Below are positions 8,657 to 21,876 of a stretch of DNA of 64,000 bases, piece by piece (the first letter of the stretch is position 1; each line of letters opens with the position of its first letter). This DNA comes from an uncultured Pseudomonadota bacterium. Lineage in GTDB: Bacteria; Pseudomonadota; Alphaproteobacteria; JACZXZ01. Location of the stretch: assembly GCA_963749075.1 (NCBI GenBank), contig CAVVLJ010000022.1:32001-96000 (forward strand), in the 5' to 3' direction. A program made the translations under genes and the position numbers. The notes beneath the pieces were generated by a model, which was not told the DNA's origin, did not search any database, and was given only the letters and a program-made list of their open reading frames with translations.

Positions 8657-9718
8657 ATGTACGCCTACGTCGGCTCGTACACCACGGCTGAGCGCCAGGC
8701 GCGCGGCAACGGCATCAACGTCTATCGCATGGATGCGGAGTCCGGCGCCTGGTCGCATGTGCAGACCGTGGGGGAGCTGGTCAATCCATCGTTCCTCGCC
8801 ACCGGCAGGGGCGGCCGCTTCCTCTATTCCGTCCACGGCGACCGCGACGAGATCAACGCCTTCGCCGTCGACGGCGCCAGCGGCCGGCTCGCCTTCCTGA
8901 ACCGGCGCTCGGCGGGCGGCGTCAACCTCGTTCATCTGGCACTCGATCCGGCGAGCCGCTTCATCGTGACCGCCAATTACAAGAGCGGCACGCTGTCGAG
9001 CGTGCCGCTCGAAAGCGACGGCTCGCTCGGCGATGGGGTGCGCACGATCGCACTCCCCGGCAAGCCGGGCCCGCACCGGACCGAGCAGGCGAGCTCCCAT
9101 CCCCACCACATTCCCTTCGACCCCGGCGGCCGCTTCGTCCTCGTCCCCGACAAGGGGCTCGACCGCATCTTCGTCTTCCGCTTCGACGGCCGCACGGGCG
9201 AGCTCGTCCCCAACGATCCGGCCTTCGTTGCCTCGCGCAGCGGTGCCGCACCGCGCCATGTCGCCTGCCATCCCGCGGCACCTTACGCCTACGTCGTCAA
9301 CGAGCTCGATTCGACGATCGCCACCTATCGCTGGGACGGCGTGCGCGGCGCGCTCGGCCCCGTGCAGATCGTGCCCTCCCTGCCAGCGAGCTTCACCGGC
9401 GACAACACCGGCTCCGAGATCGCCGTGGCACCCTCCGGGCGCTTCGTCTATGTCTCCAACCGCGGGCACGACAGCATCGGCATATTCGCGGTCGACGGCA
9501 CGAGCGGCATCTTGACGCCGGTCGGCTGGCAAGCGAGCGGAGGGGCGAAGCCGCGCTTCTTTGCACTCGACCCCAGCGGTACGCTCCTTTACGCCGCCAA
9601 CGAGGCAAGCGACACGATCGTGACGTTCCGGGTGGAAACGGCGAGCGGCAAGCTCGAGCCGACGGGACAGGTCATAGCCAACGCCAGCCCGGCCTGCATC
9701 GTCTTCAGCGGCGCGTAG
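8657..9718 (+). CDS. pgl: 6-phosphogluconolactonase / 7-bladed lactonase
   Basis: YVGSYT, NPSFL, ANY, HPHH, DKGLD, PRH, YVVNEL, SNRGHDSI motifs. Confidence 0.85.
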   Translation: MYAYVGSYTTAERQARGNGINVYRMDAESGAWSHVQTVGELVNPSFLATGRGGRFLYSVHGDRDEINAFAVDGASGRLAFLNRRSAGGVNLVHLALDPASRFIVTANYKSGTLSSVPLESDGSLGDGVRTIALPGKPGPHRTEQASSHPHHIPFDPGGRFVLVPDKGLDRIFVFRFDGRTGELVPNDPAFVASRSGAAPRHVACHPAAPYAYVVNELDSTIATYRWDGVRGALGPVQIVPSLPASFTGDNTGSEIAVAPSGRFVYVSNRGHDSIGIFAVDGTSGILTPVGWQASGGAKPRFFALDPSGTLLYAANEASDTIVTFRVETASGKLEPTGQVIANASPACIVFSGA

Positions 9719-9797
9719 CGCCCCCGCGGTGCCCTCGGCCGTCGGGGCGAGCAAATCGGCGCCAGGGCGGGCAAGCGACGGCAGCCTTCAAAAAGGC

Positions 9798-9824
9798 AAA
9801 AAAAACCGGGCCAGAAGGCCCGGT
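9798..9824 (-). terminator. Rho-independent terminator
   Basis: ACCGGGCC-TTCT-GGCCCGGT followed by a T run on the minus strand. Confidence 0.8.
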
Positions 9825-9927
9825 GAGTTGAACAGGGAGGCTTCACGTCTGGGAGACGTAGGGTCCGAAGACCCCTTCCAGGCCTTGCACCTGGAACCCG
9901 GTCGGGGCTACCGCCCCGAAAATCTCC
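9798..9927 (-). ncRNA. Candidate multi-hairpin sRNA downstream of lsrB/vtlR (AbcR-position analogue)
   Basis: Four short hairpins, a single-stranded CCUCCC, then a terminator. TATCAT -10 at 9939-9934. 5' end approximate. Confidence 0.6.
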
Positions 9928-10041
9928 TAACAAATGATACGCTCGAAAGCGCTACGCCCTGCGATGCTGCAACGCAGCAACCTTGTCTGCCCAATAGATA
10001 GGCTATCTGGCTAGAAAGACCACACGAAAAAAATCAAGAGA

Positions 10042-10062
10042 GCCATGCAGGTTATGCATGGC
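10042..10062. promoter_or_regulatory. Palindromic LysR (LsrB/VtlR-like) binding site
   Basis: GCCATGCA-GGTTA-TGCATGGC upstream of the sRNA. A second palindrome TGCTGC-AAC-GCAGCA lies at 9965-9979. Confidence 0.55.
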
Positions 10063-10082
10063 CAAAATCACCCCCGCCGCGC

Positions 10083-10973
10083 TCAGAGGCGCGACTCGGC
10101 GATGCATTTGACGAGGAAATCGCGGAACACGGCGATGCGCTTCGAGTGGCGCAGCACCTCCGGATAGACGAAATAGGCGTCGATGTTGGGCCCTTCGAGC
10201 TCGGGCAGCACGCGCACCAGCTCCGTCGTGCTGGCGATCATGTAGTCGGGCAGCGAGGCGATGCCGAGGCCGCCGCGCACGGCGCGGTAGATGCCGTAGA
10301 TGTTGTTGACGCGCAGGACCTGCTTGGGCATGTGCTTGTGCGACTTGCAGAGGTCGAGCAGCCAATTGACGCTGGAAGCCGGCAGCCGCGCCTCCTCGCC
10401 GAAGATGACGATCTTGTGCGCCTCGAGGTCGGCTGCCGTCTCAGGCGTGCCGGCGGCATCGAGATAGGCCTTGGTGCTGAAGATGTGCGTGCGCACCTTC
10501 ATGAGCTGGCGCTGGATGAGGTCGGGCTGACGCGGCGGCGCCATGCGGATGGCCACGTCGGCTTGGCGCATGGAGAGATCGAGCTCGCCGTCGTCGAGCA
10601 GGAGCGTCATCTCGATCTCGGGATAGAGATCGAGGAACTGGCGCAGGCGCGGCGTCAGCCAGGTCGAGCCGAAGGCGACCGTGGTGGTGACCTTGAGCGG
10701 CCCCTTGGGGCGCTCCTTGCTCTCGGTCAGCATGGCCTCGGTCATGGCGAGCTTGCCGAACACCTCCTTGACCGTCTGGTTGAGGAGCTCGCCCTGCTCG
10801 GTCAGGATGAGGCCGCGCGCGTGGCGGTGGAAGAGCGTGGTGCTGAGGCTCTCCTCGAGCGCGCTGATCTGCCGGCTCACCGCCGACTGGCTGAGCTTGA
10901 GGACTTCGCCCGCGTGGGTGAAGCTGCCCGCCTCGGCCACGGCATGAAACACTCTGAGCTTGTCCCAGTCCAT
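10083..10973 (-). CDS. lsrB: LysR family regulator, LsrB/VtlR type
   Basis: MDWDKLRVFHAVAEAGSFTHAG...LSQSAVSRQISALE. Lies downstream of trxB as in rhizobial trxB-lsrB. Confidence 0.8.
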   Translation of the reverse strand: MDWDKLRVFHAVAEAGSFTHAGEVLKLSQSAVSRQISALEESLSTTLFHRHARGLILTEQGELLNQTVKEVFGKLAMTEAMLTESKERPKGPLKVTTTVAFGSTWLTPRLRQFLDLYPEIEMTLLLDDGELDLSMRQADVAIRMAPPRQPDLIQRQLMKVRTHIFSTKAYLDAAGTPETAADLEAHKIVIFGEEARLPASSVNWLLDLCKSHKHMPKQVLRVNNIYGIYRAVRGGLGIASLPDYMIASTTELVRVLPELEGPNIDAYFVYPEVLRHSKRIAVFRDFLVKCIAESRL

Positions 10974-11058
10974 TCCCCTGCCTCGATCCGCGCCGCGCGC
11001 GGCGCCCTTGTCTCCCGGCGGGCCGGCACCCACGAGCTTGCCCCGGTTCATCGCGGCC

Positions 11059-12030
11059 TCACTCGGCGGCGCTCCGCTCGGCGGCGGGCTCTTGCGCCGC
11101 GAGATAGCGTTCCGCCTCGAGTGCCGCCATGCAGCCCATGCCGGCGGCCGTCACCGCCTGGCGGAAGATCCTGTCCTTCACGTCGCCGGCGGCGAAGACG
11201 CCGGGGACGTTGGTCGCCGTGCTGTCCGGTGCGGTCAGGATGTAGCCCTCCTTGTCCATGGCGAGCTTCCCCTTGAAGATCGCCGTGGCCGGCTCATGGC
11301 CGATGGCGACGAAGACGCCGTCGACAGGCAGGCTGCGGCTCGCCCCCGTCTTCGCGTGCTTGAGCACGAGCGCCGTCACCGCCTTGGGCTCGCCCTCGCC
11401 GCGGATCTCCTCGACCACGTGGTCCCAGATCACCGAGATCTTGGGGTTCTTGAACAGGCGGTCCTGTAGGATTTTCTCGGCGCGCAGCCTGTCGCGGCGG
11501 TGGATGAGGGTGACCTCCTTGGCGAAATTGGTGAGGAAGAGCGCCTCCTCGACGGCCGTATTGCCGCCGCCGATCACCGCCACGGATTTGCCGCGGTAGA
11601 AGAAGCCGTCGCAGGTGGCGCAGGCCGAGACGCCGTGCCCGCGGAGCGCCGTCTCGCTGGCGATGCCGAGCCAGCGGGCCTGGGCGCCGGTCGCGATGAT
11701 CACGCTCCCGGCGAGATAGAGGTCGCCCGAGTCGCCGACAAGGCGGAACGGCCGGCCCGTGAAGTCGGCCTCCACCACGAGGTCGCCCAAGACCTCCGTG
11801 CCGACATGCTCGGCCTGGGCCTTCATCTGCTCCATGAGCCAGGGGCCCTGGATCGTCTCGGCGAAGCCGGGGTAGTTCTCCACGTCCGTGGTGACGGTGA
11901 GCTGGCCCCCCGCCTCGAGCCCGGCGACCAGGATCGGCTTCAGGTTGGCGCGCGCGGCATAGATCGCCGCGCTATAACCCGCCGGACCCGATCCGACGAT
12001 GACGGTCTTGCTGCGATAGGTCTTGGCCAT
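11059..12030 (-). CDS. trxB: Thioredoxin-disulfide reductase
   Basis: GSGPAGY, VENYPGF, CATCDG, GGGNTAVEEA, FRQAVTAAG. Confidence 0.96.
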   Translation of the reverse strand: MAKTYRSKTVIVGSGPAGYSAAIYAARANLKPILVAGLEAGGQLTVTTDVENYPGFAETIQGPWLMEQMKAQAEHVGTEVLGDLVVEADFTGRPFRLVGDSGDLYLAGSVIIATGAQARWLGIASETALRGHGVSACATCDGFFYRGKSVAVIGGGNTAVEEALFLTNFAKEVTLIHRRDRLRAEKILQDRLFKNPKISVIWDHVVEEIRGEGEPKAVTALVLKHAKTGASRSLPVDGVFVAIGHEPATAIFKGKLAMDKEGYILTAPDSTATNVPGVFAAGDVKDRIFRQAVTAAGMGCMAALEAERYLAAQEPAAERSAAE

Positions 12031-12215
12031 GACGCGGGGTCCGGGGCTCTGCGGACAGGCTAGGGAAGGCTTGCCGCGGGAGCATAGAACATAGAAGCCC
12101 CATGCGCGGCAGGCAAGTCGCCCTGTGCCAACTCCGCGAGAATCCGCGCTGGAACTCGCTTTGAGGCGGGCCGGCGCCGGCGCCCCGGGCCTAATCGACC
12201 TCCGACTCGTGCCCT

Positions 12216-14126
12216 TCAGAAGCCGAACATGTGGTCGAGGCTGAAGGCGCCCCCTTCGCCCAGGAGCCCGTGATAGCCGAAGAGCCGGCAGCTGGTGTCG
12301 CGCACGACGAGATAGGCGCGCCCGCCCGCCTCCGCGCGCTCCGCGGCAGCGAAGGTCTCGCCGTAGCGCCACAGGCGCGAGCCGCCGCAAGGGATCTCGA
12401 GCCGCCGGCGCGCCACCTCGCGGCCCGCGCCGTCGCAGAGGATGAGCTCGGTCGCCGAAAGCGCGTGCCAGGGCGAGGAGGCCGGGTAGATGAGGTGGCA
12501 AAGGGTGTCGAGCGGCGCCGCGCCGAGGCGCAGGAAGAGCCGCGTCGAGAGCCCGGGCGCCGCACCGGCATAGGATTGCGGCTCGCTTCGGTAGGTGAGC
12601 ACCGTATTGAAGATGTGGGCGCCGAAGCTGGTCTCCGCCGCGTGGCCGCTCGCCTTGTCCTCGTAGCGGAAGATGCCGTGGAGCCAGCCGTCGGCGCCGC
12701 CGCCTTCGGCGAAGTCATAGACCAGCTCGACGTGGCCGTAGCCCTCGGCGAGGGTGCCGCCGCCGTCGACCAGCTCGGCCACATCGAAGGCCGTGCTCTG
12801 GCTGCGCTTGAGGCAGCCGAAGCGGTGCCGCCCGCATTCGCGGCCGCTCGCGTCATAGACGAGGAGGGCGACCGGCAGGTCGTCCTGGCAGGTCGCCATC
12901 GGGGTCGGCAGCACTTCGGTGCGGTAACGCTGCGGCGGCAGCAGCGGCGCCGGTACGAGGAAGCCCTTGCCCATGAGATTGCCGAGCTCGGCGATGCACG
13001 GGTCGCACTTGAGGTCGCTGCGCTCGACGTTGACGTGGGCGATGCGGCGCCGTCCCTTGGCGCCGCTCACCTCGTAGCGCGGCCGCACGAAGTGCTTGCC
13101 CGCCTGCACCTCGATCTGCTGCGGCCATTTGGCCGTAGGCAGGAGCTCTGCCACGTCGAGCGCGTGGCTGGCGAAGGGGGCGACCTCACGCTCGAGCCAG
13201 GCGATCTCGCGGCTGCCCATGAGGTTGAGGCCGGCGGCCTTGGCGGGAATCGGCGTCGGGTGGCTGTTCTGCACCCAGAGCACCACGCGCTCGCCCGCGC
13301 GGGGTGCCGGGAGGCCGGCGTAAAGATCGGCGGGCCAGGCGTTGGCGTCGTGCGTCGCCGAGAGCTCGCCGCCCGCCTCGCCGTAGGTATCGAGCGCGTA
13401 CTTGACCACGTCGTGCCCGGCGGCCCCGATAACGTGCATGAAGAGCTGGCCGGTAAAGGCCGGCAAGGCAAAGCGCTGCCGCACCTCGCGGCTGTCGACC
13501 ACGATCGCTCCGACGCCCGGGGGGAGAGCCTCGCGCCAGGTGGCGATCTCCTTGCCGTGCTCGTCGAAGAGGTCGTACCAGACGGCGCCGGCACCGGCGC
13601 CATAGCCCGCCCAGTAATTGGCGCTAGCTAAGCGCGTGTGGAGGCCGCCGGCATCGCGGAAGAAGACGAAGTTGGTGGCGAAATTGAGCGGATCGAGATA
13701 GCGCCGCGGGTTCGTCAGCATGTCGTCCGGCAGCCTCGCCTCGTCGAGGCTCGCGAGCGCCATGCCGGCCGGCAGCAGATGCCGGATGTGATCGGCGAGG
13801 CGCCCGGCATCGAAGGCGACGACGAGGAGGCTCGCGGCCTTGCTCGCCGGAAGCTCGCTGATCGGCTGGCTGCGGCAGCCCAGCCTCGCGGCGCCGACAT
13901 CCTCGATGCGCTGCACGAAGACGCCGGCGAGGCCGTCTCCCGCTGCCGGGTAGAGGGCTGCAAAGCCCGTGGCGAAGCCGTGCGGGTCGTAGAGGGCCAG
14001 GGGGCCGCGGCTCTGGAGGCGCTCGAGGAGGCCCGCGAGCTTCGCGCAAGCAAGCGGATGGCCGATCGCCTTGAAGAAGGCGTTGCCGCCCGAGAGGTTG
14101 CTGAAGGTCTCGATCGCGAGCGCCAT
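12216..14126 (-). CDS. Large hypothetical protein (636 aa)
   Basis: Long ORF with host-like codon usage from MALAIETFSN, co-oriented with the flanking genes. No recognisable family. Confidence 0.75.
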   Translation of the reverse strand: MALAIETFSNLSGGNAFFKAIGHPLACAKLAGLLERLQSRGPLALYDPHGFATGFAALYPAAGDGLAGVFVQRIEDVGAARLGCRSQPISELPASKAASLLVVAFDAGRLADHIRHLLPAGMALASLDEARLPDDMLTNPRRYLDPLNFATNFVFFRDAGGLHTRLASANYWAGYGAGAGAVWYDLFDEHGKEIATWREALPPGVGAIVVDSREVRQRFALPAFTGQLFMHVIGAAGHDVVKYALDTYGEAGGELSATHDANAWPADLYAGLPAPRAGERVVLWVQNSHPTPIPAKAAGLNLMGSREIAWLEREVAPFASHALDVAELLPTAKWPQQIEVQAGKHFVRPRYEVSGAKGRRRIAHVNVERSDLKCDPCIAELGNLMGKGFLVPAPLLPPQRYRTEVLPTPMATCQDDLPVALLVYDASGRECGRHRFGCLKRSQSTAFDVAELVDGGGTLAEGYGHVELVYDFAEGGGADGWLHGIFRYEDKASGHAAETSFGAHIFNTVLTYRSEPQSYAGAAPGLSTRLFLRLGAAPLDTLCHLIYPASSPWHALSATELILCDGAGREVARRRLEIPCGGSRLWRYGETFAAAERAEAGGRAYLVVRDTSCRLFGYHGLLGEGGAFSLDHMFGF

Positions 14127-14212
14127 GGGCGGTCCATCACTCTGGAAGCGGGCGGGGCGCTCCCACACCCCTCCCTCGGCCGCGCGGCCGAAGCCGCTCG
14201 CCGCGCCCCGGC

Positions 14213-15199
14213 TTATAGCCGATTTCCCGCCGCCTCGGCGGCAAATTTCGCGGCCAGCCGGGGTCCGATCTCGGCGGCCACGCTTGCTGCGTCGAGCAGC
14301 GGCTCGTAGCTCCAGCGCTCGAGCACGCCCGCGAAGGGCCGCGTGAGGCCCGCCTCCCGGAGCTCGGCGTGGAAGCGCCGGTGGCGCCGCGAGCCGCCCT
14401 TGAGGCCGATGATATAGACGGGCTTGCCGGTGGCGCAGGCCTCGGAAGTCATCGACACCGAATCCGCGGTCACCAGGATGTAATCGGCGAGTGCGAGGAG
14501 GCCGAGATAGGGGTTCTCGCCGCGGCCGTCCCACATATAGGCGCCGACCTCGGCCAGGCGGGCGCGGAGGATGCCCTCGTTCTCGGCGCCGGTGCGGCGC
14601 GAGGGCGTCACGGCTAGGCCGGCGCCGTACTGCCGCGCGAGTGCTTTGAGCTCGCTTGCCAGGCGCTCCGCGTCCGCGGCCGTAAACATGGCGCGGCCGT
14701 TGGCGCCGCCGACCAGCACGGCCACGAGCGGGCGCGGCAGGGCCGCCAAGAGGGCTGCGAAATGCCGCGCCGCCGCCGCGAGCTTCTCCTCGGTGACAGG
14801 GTGGAGCGCCCCGCGCGTTGTGAGCACGTTCGGCCCCCGCACCCGGTCGTGGCGCGGCGCCACCACGACATCGAAGGCCCGGCTGTCCATCAGCGGATCC
14901 TGGATGTGGACGAGGAAGGTATGGCCGCCGCTCGCCCGCTTGACGGCCAGCGCCAGGGCGACGCTCTTGCGCCCGCAGCTGATCAGCACGTCGGGCCAGG
15001 GCGGCGCCAGCGGGTCGCTGCCCGGCCTAAGCGAGCGGAACGGCAGCGGCCACCAGCGCGAGGGGAGGGCGAGCCAGGGCAGGCGCGGATCGACCCGCTT
15101 CACGGCCGGGGCCAGCGCGAGCGCCTCGGCCAGGCCGCGGCATTGGCTCTCCATGCCGGCAGCCCCCTCGGTCACGATCCAGCAGCTTGGTCTTGTCAT
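14213..15199 (-). CDS. ELM1 (mitochondrial fission ELM1-like) family protein
   Basis: GMESQCRGLAEAL, PPWPDVLISCGR, IQDP, PSRRT, NPYLGLL, TADSVSMTSEA. Confidence 0.85.
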   Translation of the reverse strand: MTRPSCWIVTEGAAGMESQCRGLAEALALAPAVKRVDPRLPWLALPSRWWPLPFRSLRPGSDPLAPPWPDVLISCGRKSVALALAVKRASGGHTFLVHIQDPLMDSRAFDVVVAPRHDRVRGPNVLTTRGALHPVTEEKLAAAARHFAALLAALPRPLVAVLVGGANGRAMFTAADAERLASELKALARQYGAGLAVTPSRRTGAENEGILRARLAEVGAYMWDGRGENPYLGLLALADYILVTADSVSMTSEACATGKPVYIIGLKGGSRRHRRFHAELREAGLTRPFAGVLERWSYEPLLDAASVAAEIGPRLAAKFAAEAAGNRL

Positions 15200-15386
15200 G
15201 GAACCCCGGAATAAGGCGGCGCGCACTATGGCGACCCAGCCGGCGGCACGGCAAGGGGATCGTGCGCTCAGGCAAGTAAATTGCCGGCCCTTCTGGCCTT
15301 GAAATATTATTGCCAAGCCTTTAGGTGTATCCTCGCAATTTTGTTGCGCAAGCCGAACGGCGCCGGCGGGATCGGGGGCCCAAACC

Positions 15387-15866
15387 ATGCGACGCGTCAA
15401 GCTCGACCGCATCGACCACCGCATCCTCGGCGATCTCCAGGAGAACGGGCGCATCACCAACGTCGAGCTCGCCAAGCGCGCCGGCATCTCGGCGCCGCCG
15501 TGCCTCCGCCGGGTGCGCGCGCTCGAGGAGGCCGGCTTCATCCGCGGCTACCATGCGGAGCTCGACCCCGAGCGGCTCGGCTTCGAGGTGGTGTTCTTCG
15601 CCCTCGTCGGGCTCGACAGCCAGGCCGAGGCGGTGCTCACGGGGTTCGAGGAGTCGGTGCGCGGCTGGCCCGAGGTACGCGAGTGCTACATGGCGCGCGG
15701 CACCGACGACTTCGTGCTCAAGCTCGTGGCGCGCAATACGGCGCACGAGAACGAGCTCACCACCAAGCTCACCTCGGCACTCCACGTGGCGCGCGTGCGC
15801 ACGGTGCAGGTCATCCGCACCTCCAAGGCGCTGCCGGGGATACCGGTGGAAGCGGACGACAGATGA
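15387..15866 (+). CDS. lrp: Lrp/AsnC family regulator
   Basis: LDRIDHRIL..LQENGRITNVELAKRAGISAPPCLRRVRALE. Confidence 0.9.
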   Translation: MRRVKLDRIDHRILGDLQENGRITNVELAKRAGISAPPCLRRVRALEEAGFIRGYHAELDPERLGFEVVFFALVGLDSQAEAVLTGFEESVRGWPEVRECYMARGTDDFVLKLVARNTAHENELTTKLTSALHVARVRTVQVIRTSKALPGIPVEADDR

Positions 15867-15922
15867 CAGACGACGGATGACGGAAAGGGAAGCCGTTCCG
15901 TCGTCCGTCATCTGTCGTCCGG
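15853..15922. repeat. Palindromic element built of GAC(A/G)GA(C/T) heptamers, copy 1
   Basis: GGACGACAGATGACAGACGACGGATGACGGAA...TTCCGTCGTCCGTCATCTGTCGTCC, between convergent lrp and greA. Confidence 0.75.
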
Positions 15923-15923
15923 T

Positions 15924-16397
15924 CTATTCGAAGCGCACCTTCTGGATCTCGTAGACCTTGGAGCCGCGCGGGGTGGAAACCTCGACGCTCTCGCCCACTT
16001 CCTTGCCGATGAGGGCGCGGGCCAGCGGCGAGACGATGGAGAGCTTGCCCGAGGTGATGTCCGACTCCTCCGCGCCGACCAGCTTGAAGGTCACCTCCTC
16101 GTCGGTGTCGACGTTGACGAGATCGACGGTGGCGCCGAACTTGACCGCCTTGCCGGTGAGCTTGCTCACGTCGATCACCTCGGCGCGGCGGATCTTGTCC
16201 TCGAGCTCGGCGACGCGGCCCTCGATGAAGCTCTGGCGCTCGCGCGCGGCGTGATACTCGGCGTTCTCCGAGAGGTCGCCGTGGGTGCGCGCCTCCTCGA
16301 GCGCGCGGATGACCGCCGGTCGCTCGACCGCCTTGAGCCGGCGCAGCTCCTCCTGGAGGCGGGACAATCCCTCCCGGGTGATCGGCATCTTATCCAT
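15924..16397 (-). CDS. greA: Transcription elongation factor GreA
   Basis: HGDLSENAEYHAARE, FGATV, SPLARALIGK. Confidence 0.96.
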   Translation of the reverse strand: MDKMPITREGLSRLQEELRRLKAVERPAVIRALEEARTHGDLSENAEYHAARERQSFIEGRVAELEDKIRRAEVIDVSKLTGKAVKFGATVDLVNVDTDEEVTFKLVGAEESDITSGKLSIVSPLARALIGKEVGESVEVSTPRGSKVYEIQKVRFE

Positions 16398-16484
16398 GGT
16401 CAACGTCCAACCTGTGCCTCAACAGACAATAGCTCCCATAGCCGGACACGCTTGGCTTCGCCCGGGCTATGAGAGGGGAGTAGG

Positions 16485-19736
<3,252 letters not shown>

Positions 19737-19745
19737 GGGGGGCAA

Positions 19746-19845
19746 TCGCATGTGGCGCCGAGGGGATTTCCTCATCCTTCGAGACGGGCCTGCGGCCCTC
19801 CTCAGGATGAGGAAATCCTCCAAGGCTGGAGGCGGCCACATGCGA
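19746..19845. repeat. Alphaproteobacterial REP/RPE-like palindrome between carA and carB
   Basis: Long imperfect inverted repeat with core CCTCATCCTTCGAGACGGGCC-TGC-GGCCCTCCTCAGGATGAGG. Confidence 0.75.
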
Positions 19846-19885
19846 GTCCCCCGCCTCGAGGGGGAAGAGGGAATAGCGGCGGCGC

Positions 19886-21070
19886 TCAGTCATTCTCTTC
19901 CATGAGCTTGACGAAGCGCTGGAAGAGATAGTGGCTGTCGCGCGGGCCGGGGGAGGCCTCGGGGTGGTACTGCACGGCGAAGACCGGCTTGTCCTTGAGG
20001 CGGAAGCCCTCGACGCTGCCGTCGAAGAGCGAGCGGTGGGTGACCGCGAGCTCAGGCGGCATGGAGGCCTCGACGACGACGAAGCCGTGATTCTGGCTGG
20101 TGATCTCGACCTTGCCGGTCTCCAGATCCTTGACCGGGTGGTTGGCGCCGCGGTGGCCGTGGTGCATCTTCGCGGTCTCGGCGCCCAGTGCCAGCGCCAT
20201 CATCTGGTGGCCCAAGCAGATGCCGAAGGTGGGGACGCCGGCCGCGATGATGCGCCGGATCATCGGCACGGCGTACTCGCCCGTCGCAGCGGGATCGCCG
20301 GGGCCGTTCGAGAGGAAGACGCCGTCGGGCTCGAGCGCCAGGATGGCCTCCGCCGCGGTCGTTGCCGGCACCACGGTCACGCGGCAGCCGGCCGAGGCGA
20401 GCGAGCGCAGGATGTTGCGCTTGGCGCCATAGTCGACCGCGACGACGTGGAAGTGCTCCTTGCCGAGCCGGCCGTAGCCCTGGCCCAAGGCCCACAGCGT
20501 CTCGTCCCATTGGTAGCTCTGGCGGCAGCTCACCTCCCTGGCGAGGTCCATGCCTTCGAGCCCGGGCCAGGCCGCCGCCTCGGCCACGAGTGCCGCGATG
20601 TCGAAGCGGCCGTCGGGGGCCGAGGCGAGCACGCCGTTGGCCGCTCCGCCGTCGCGCAAGCGCCGCGTGAGCCGGCGCGTGTCGATGCCGGAAATTCCGG
20701 GGAGACCGTGGGAGACGAGCCAGCCGTTGAGATGCTGCACCGAGCGCCAGTTGCTCGGCTCGGTGATGTCGTCGCGGATGACGAGGCCGCGTGCGGCCGG
20801 CGTCGCGGTCTCGATATCCTCGGGGTTGGTGCCGACGTTGCCGATGTGGGGGAAGGTGAAGGTGATGATCTGCCCGGCATAGGAGGGGTCGGTGAGGATC
20901 TCCTGGTAGCCGGTGATCGCCGTGTTGAAGCAGATCTCGCCAGCCACCTTGGCGGCCGCACCTATGCCGCGCCCCCAGAAGAGCGTGCCGTCGGCGAGCG
21001 CCAGCACGGCGCTGGCACCCGGCGGCGCCGTTTCCCGCCCCTGGCTCGGCGCGAGCTTGGCTTGCGGCAT
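19886..21070 (-). CDS. carA: Carbamoyl-phosphate synthase small subunit
   Basis: [35 protein letters not shown]. Confidence 0.98.
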   Translation of the reverse strand: MPQAKLAPSQGRETAPPGASAVLALADGTLFWGRGIGAAAKVAGEICFNTAITGYQEILTDPSYAGQIITFTFPHIGNVGTNPEDIETATPAARGLVIRDDITEPSNWRSVQHLNGWLVSHGLPGISGIDTRRLTRRLRDGGAANGVLASAPDGRFDIAALVAEAAAWPGLEGMDLAREVSCRQSYQWDETLWALGQGYGRLGKEHFHVVAVDYGAKRNILRSLASAGCRVTVVPATTAAEAILALEPDGVFLSNGPGDPAATGEYAVPMIRRIIAAGVPTFGICLGHQMMALALGAETAKMHHGHRGANHPVKDLETGKVEITSQNHGFVVVEASMPPELAVTHRSLFDGSVEGFRLKDKPVFAVQYHPEASPGPRDSHYLFQRFVKLMEEND

Positions 21071-21265
21071 GTGGCTGGCCTCCCGGGCTCGGGCACGCTC
21101 TCGACGCGCGCACGGCCGCGGCTTAGATAAGCAAAGAGCGTGCCGCCGTCAAGCCGCCCAGTGTGATAAATTTGTCGGCAATTCAATCGCTTAAGGCACG
21201 ATAGAGCTTGCGCGTCCGGGCGTTTCCCGCTACCCTTCCCGCTTTCCCGACAGGCTTCCCCTGCC

Positions 21266-21728
21266 ATGCTGCGTGCCCGTCTCTCCGAGGCCCTCAAGAC
21301 TGCCATGAAAGCGCGGGACGCGGGCTCCGTTTCGGCGCTGCGCCTCATCCTGGCGCGTCTCAAGGAGCGCGACATCGAGGCGCGCCCCAAGGGCAACATG
21401 AACGGCATCTCCGCGGAGGAGATGGTGGCGATGATGCAGGGCATGGTCAAGCAGCGCCGCGAGTTCGATCGAGCTCTACGAGCGCGGCGGCCGGCCCGAG
21501 CTCGCGGAGAAGGAGCGCCAGGAGATCGCGGTCATCGAGTCGTTCATGCCGCGCCAGCTCTCGGAAGGCGAGATGGCGGCGGCCGTGGCTGCCGCGATCG
21601 GCGAGGTCGGCGCCGGCGGCATCAAGGACATGGGCAAAGTCATGGCTCGGCTCAAGGAGCGCTTCGCGGGCACCATGGATTTCTCCAAGGCGAGCGGCCT
21701 CGTCAAAGCCAAGCTGGCGGGAAGTTGA
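21266..21728 (+). pseudogene. yqeY: GatB/YqeY domain protein with a +1 frameshift near 21464 (possible assembly error)
   Basis: N-part LKTAMKARD...MVKQRRE and C-part (SIELYERGGRPELAEKE..MPRQLS..IKDMGKVM) are in different frames. Removing one T from GAGTTCGATC restores E-S-I. Confidence 0.75.
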
Positions 21729-21876
21729 TGGCGCGCGCGGCGCCGCATGAGCGGCGGCTGACATTGCGGGGGCGGCAACTGGGCGGCGGACGGGCGGGCG
21801 GCCGGGGCGGCACGCCGCTTGCTTCGAGGTTGCTTGCTTTGAGGATGGACGAAGCGTTGCTGGCGGGTCCCGCCTG

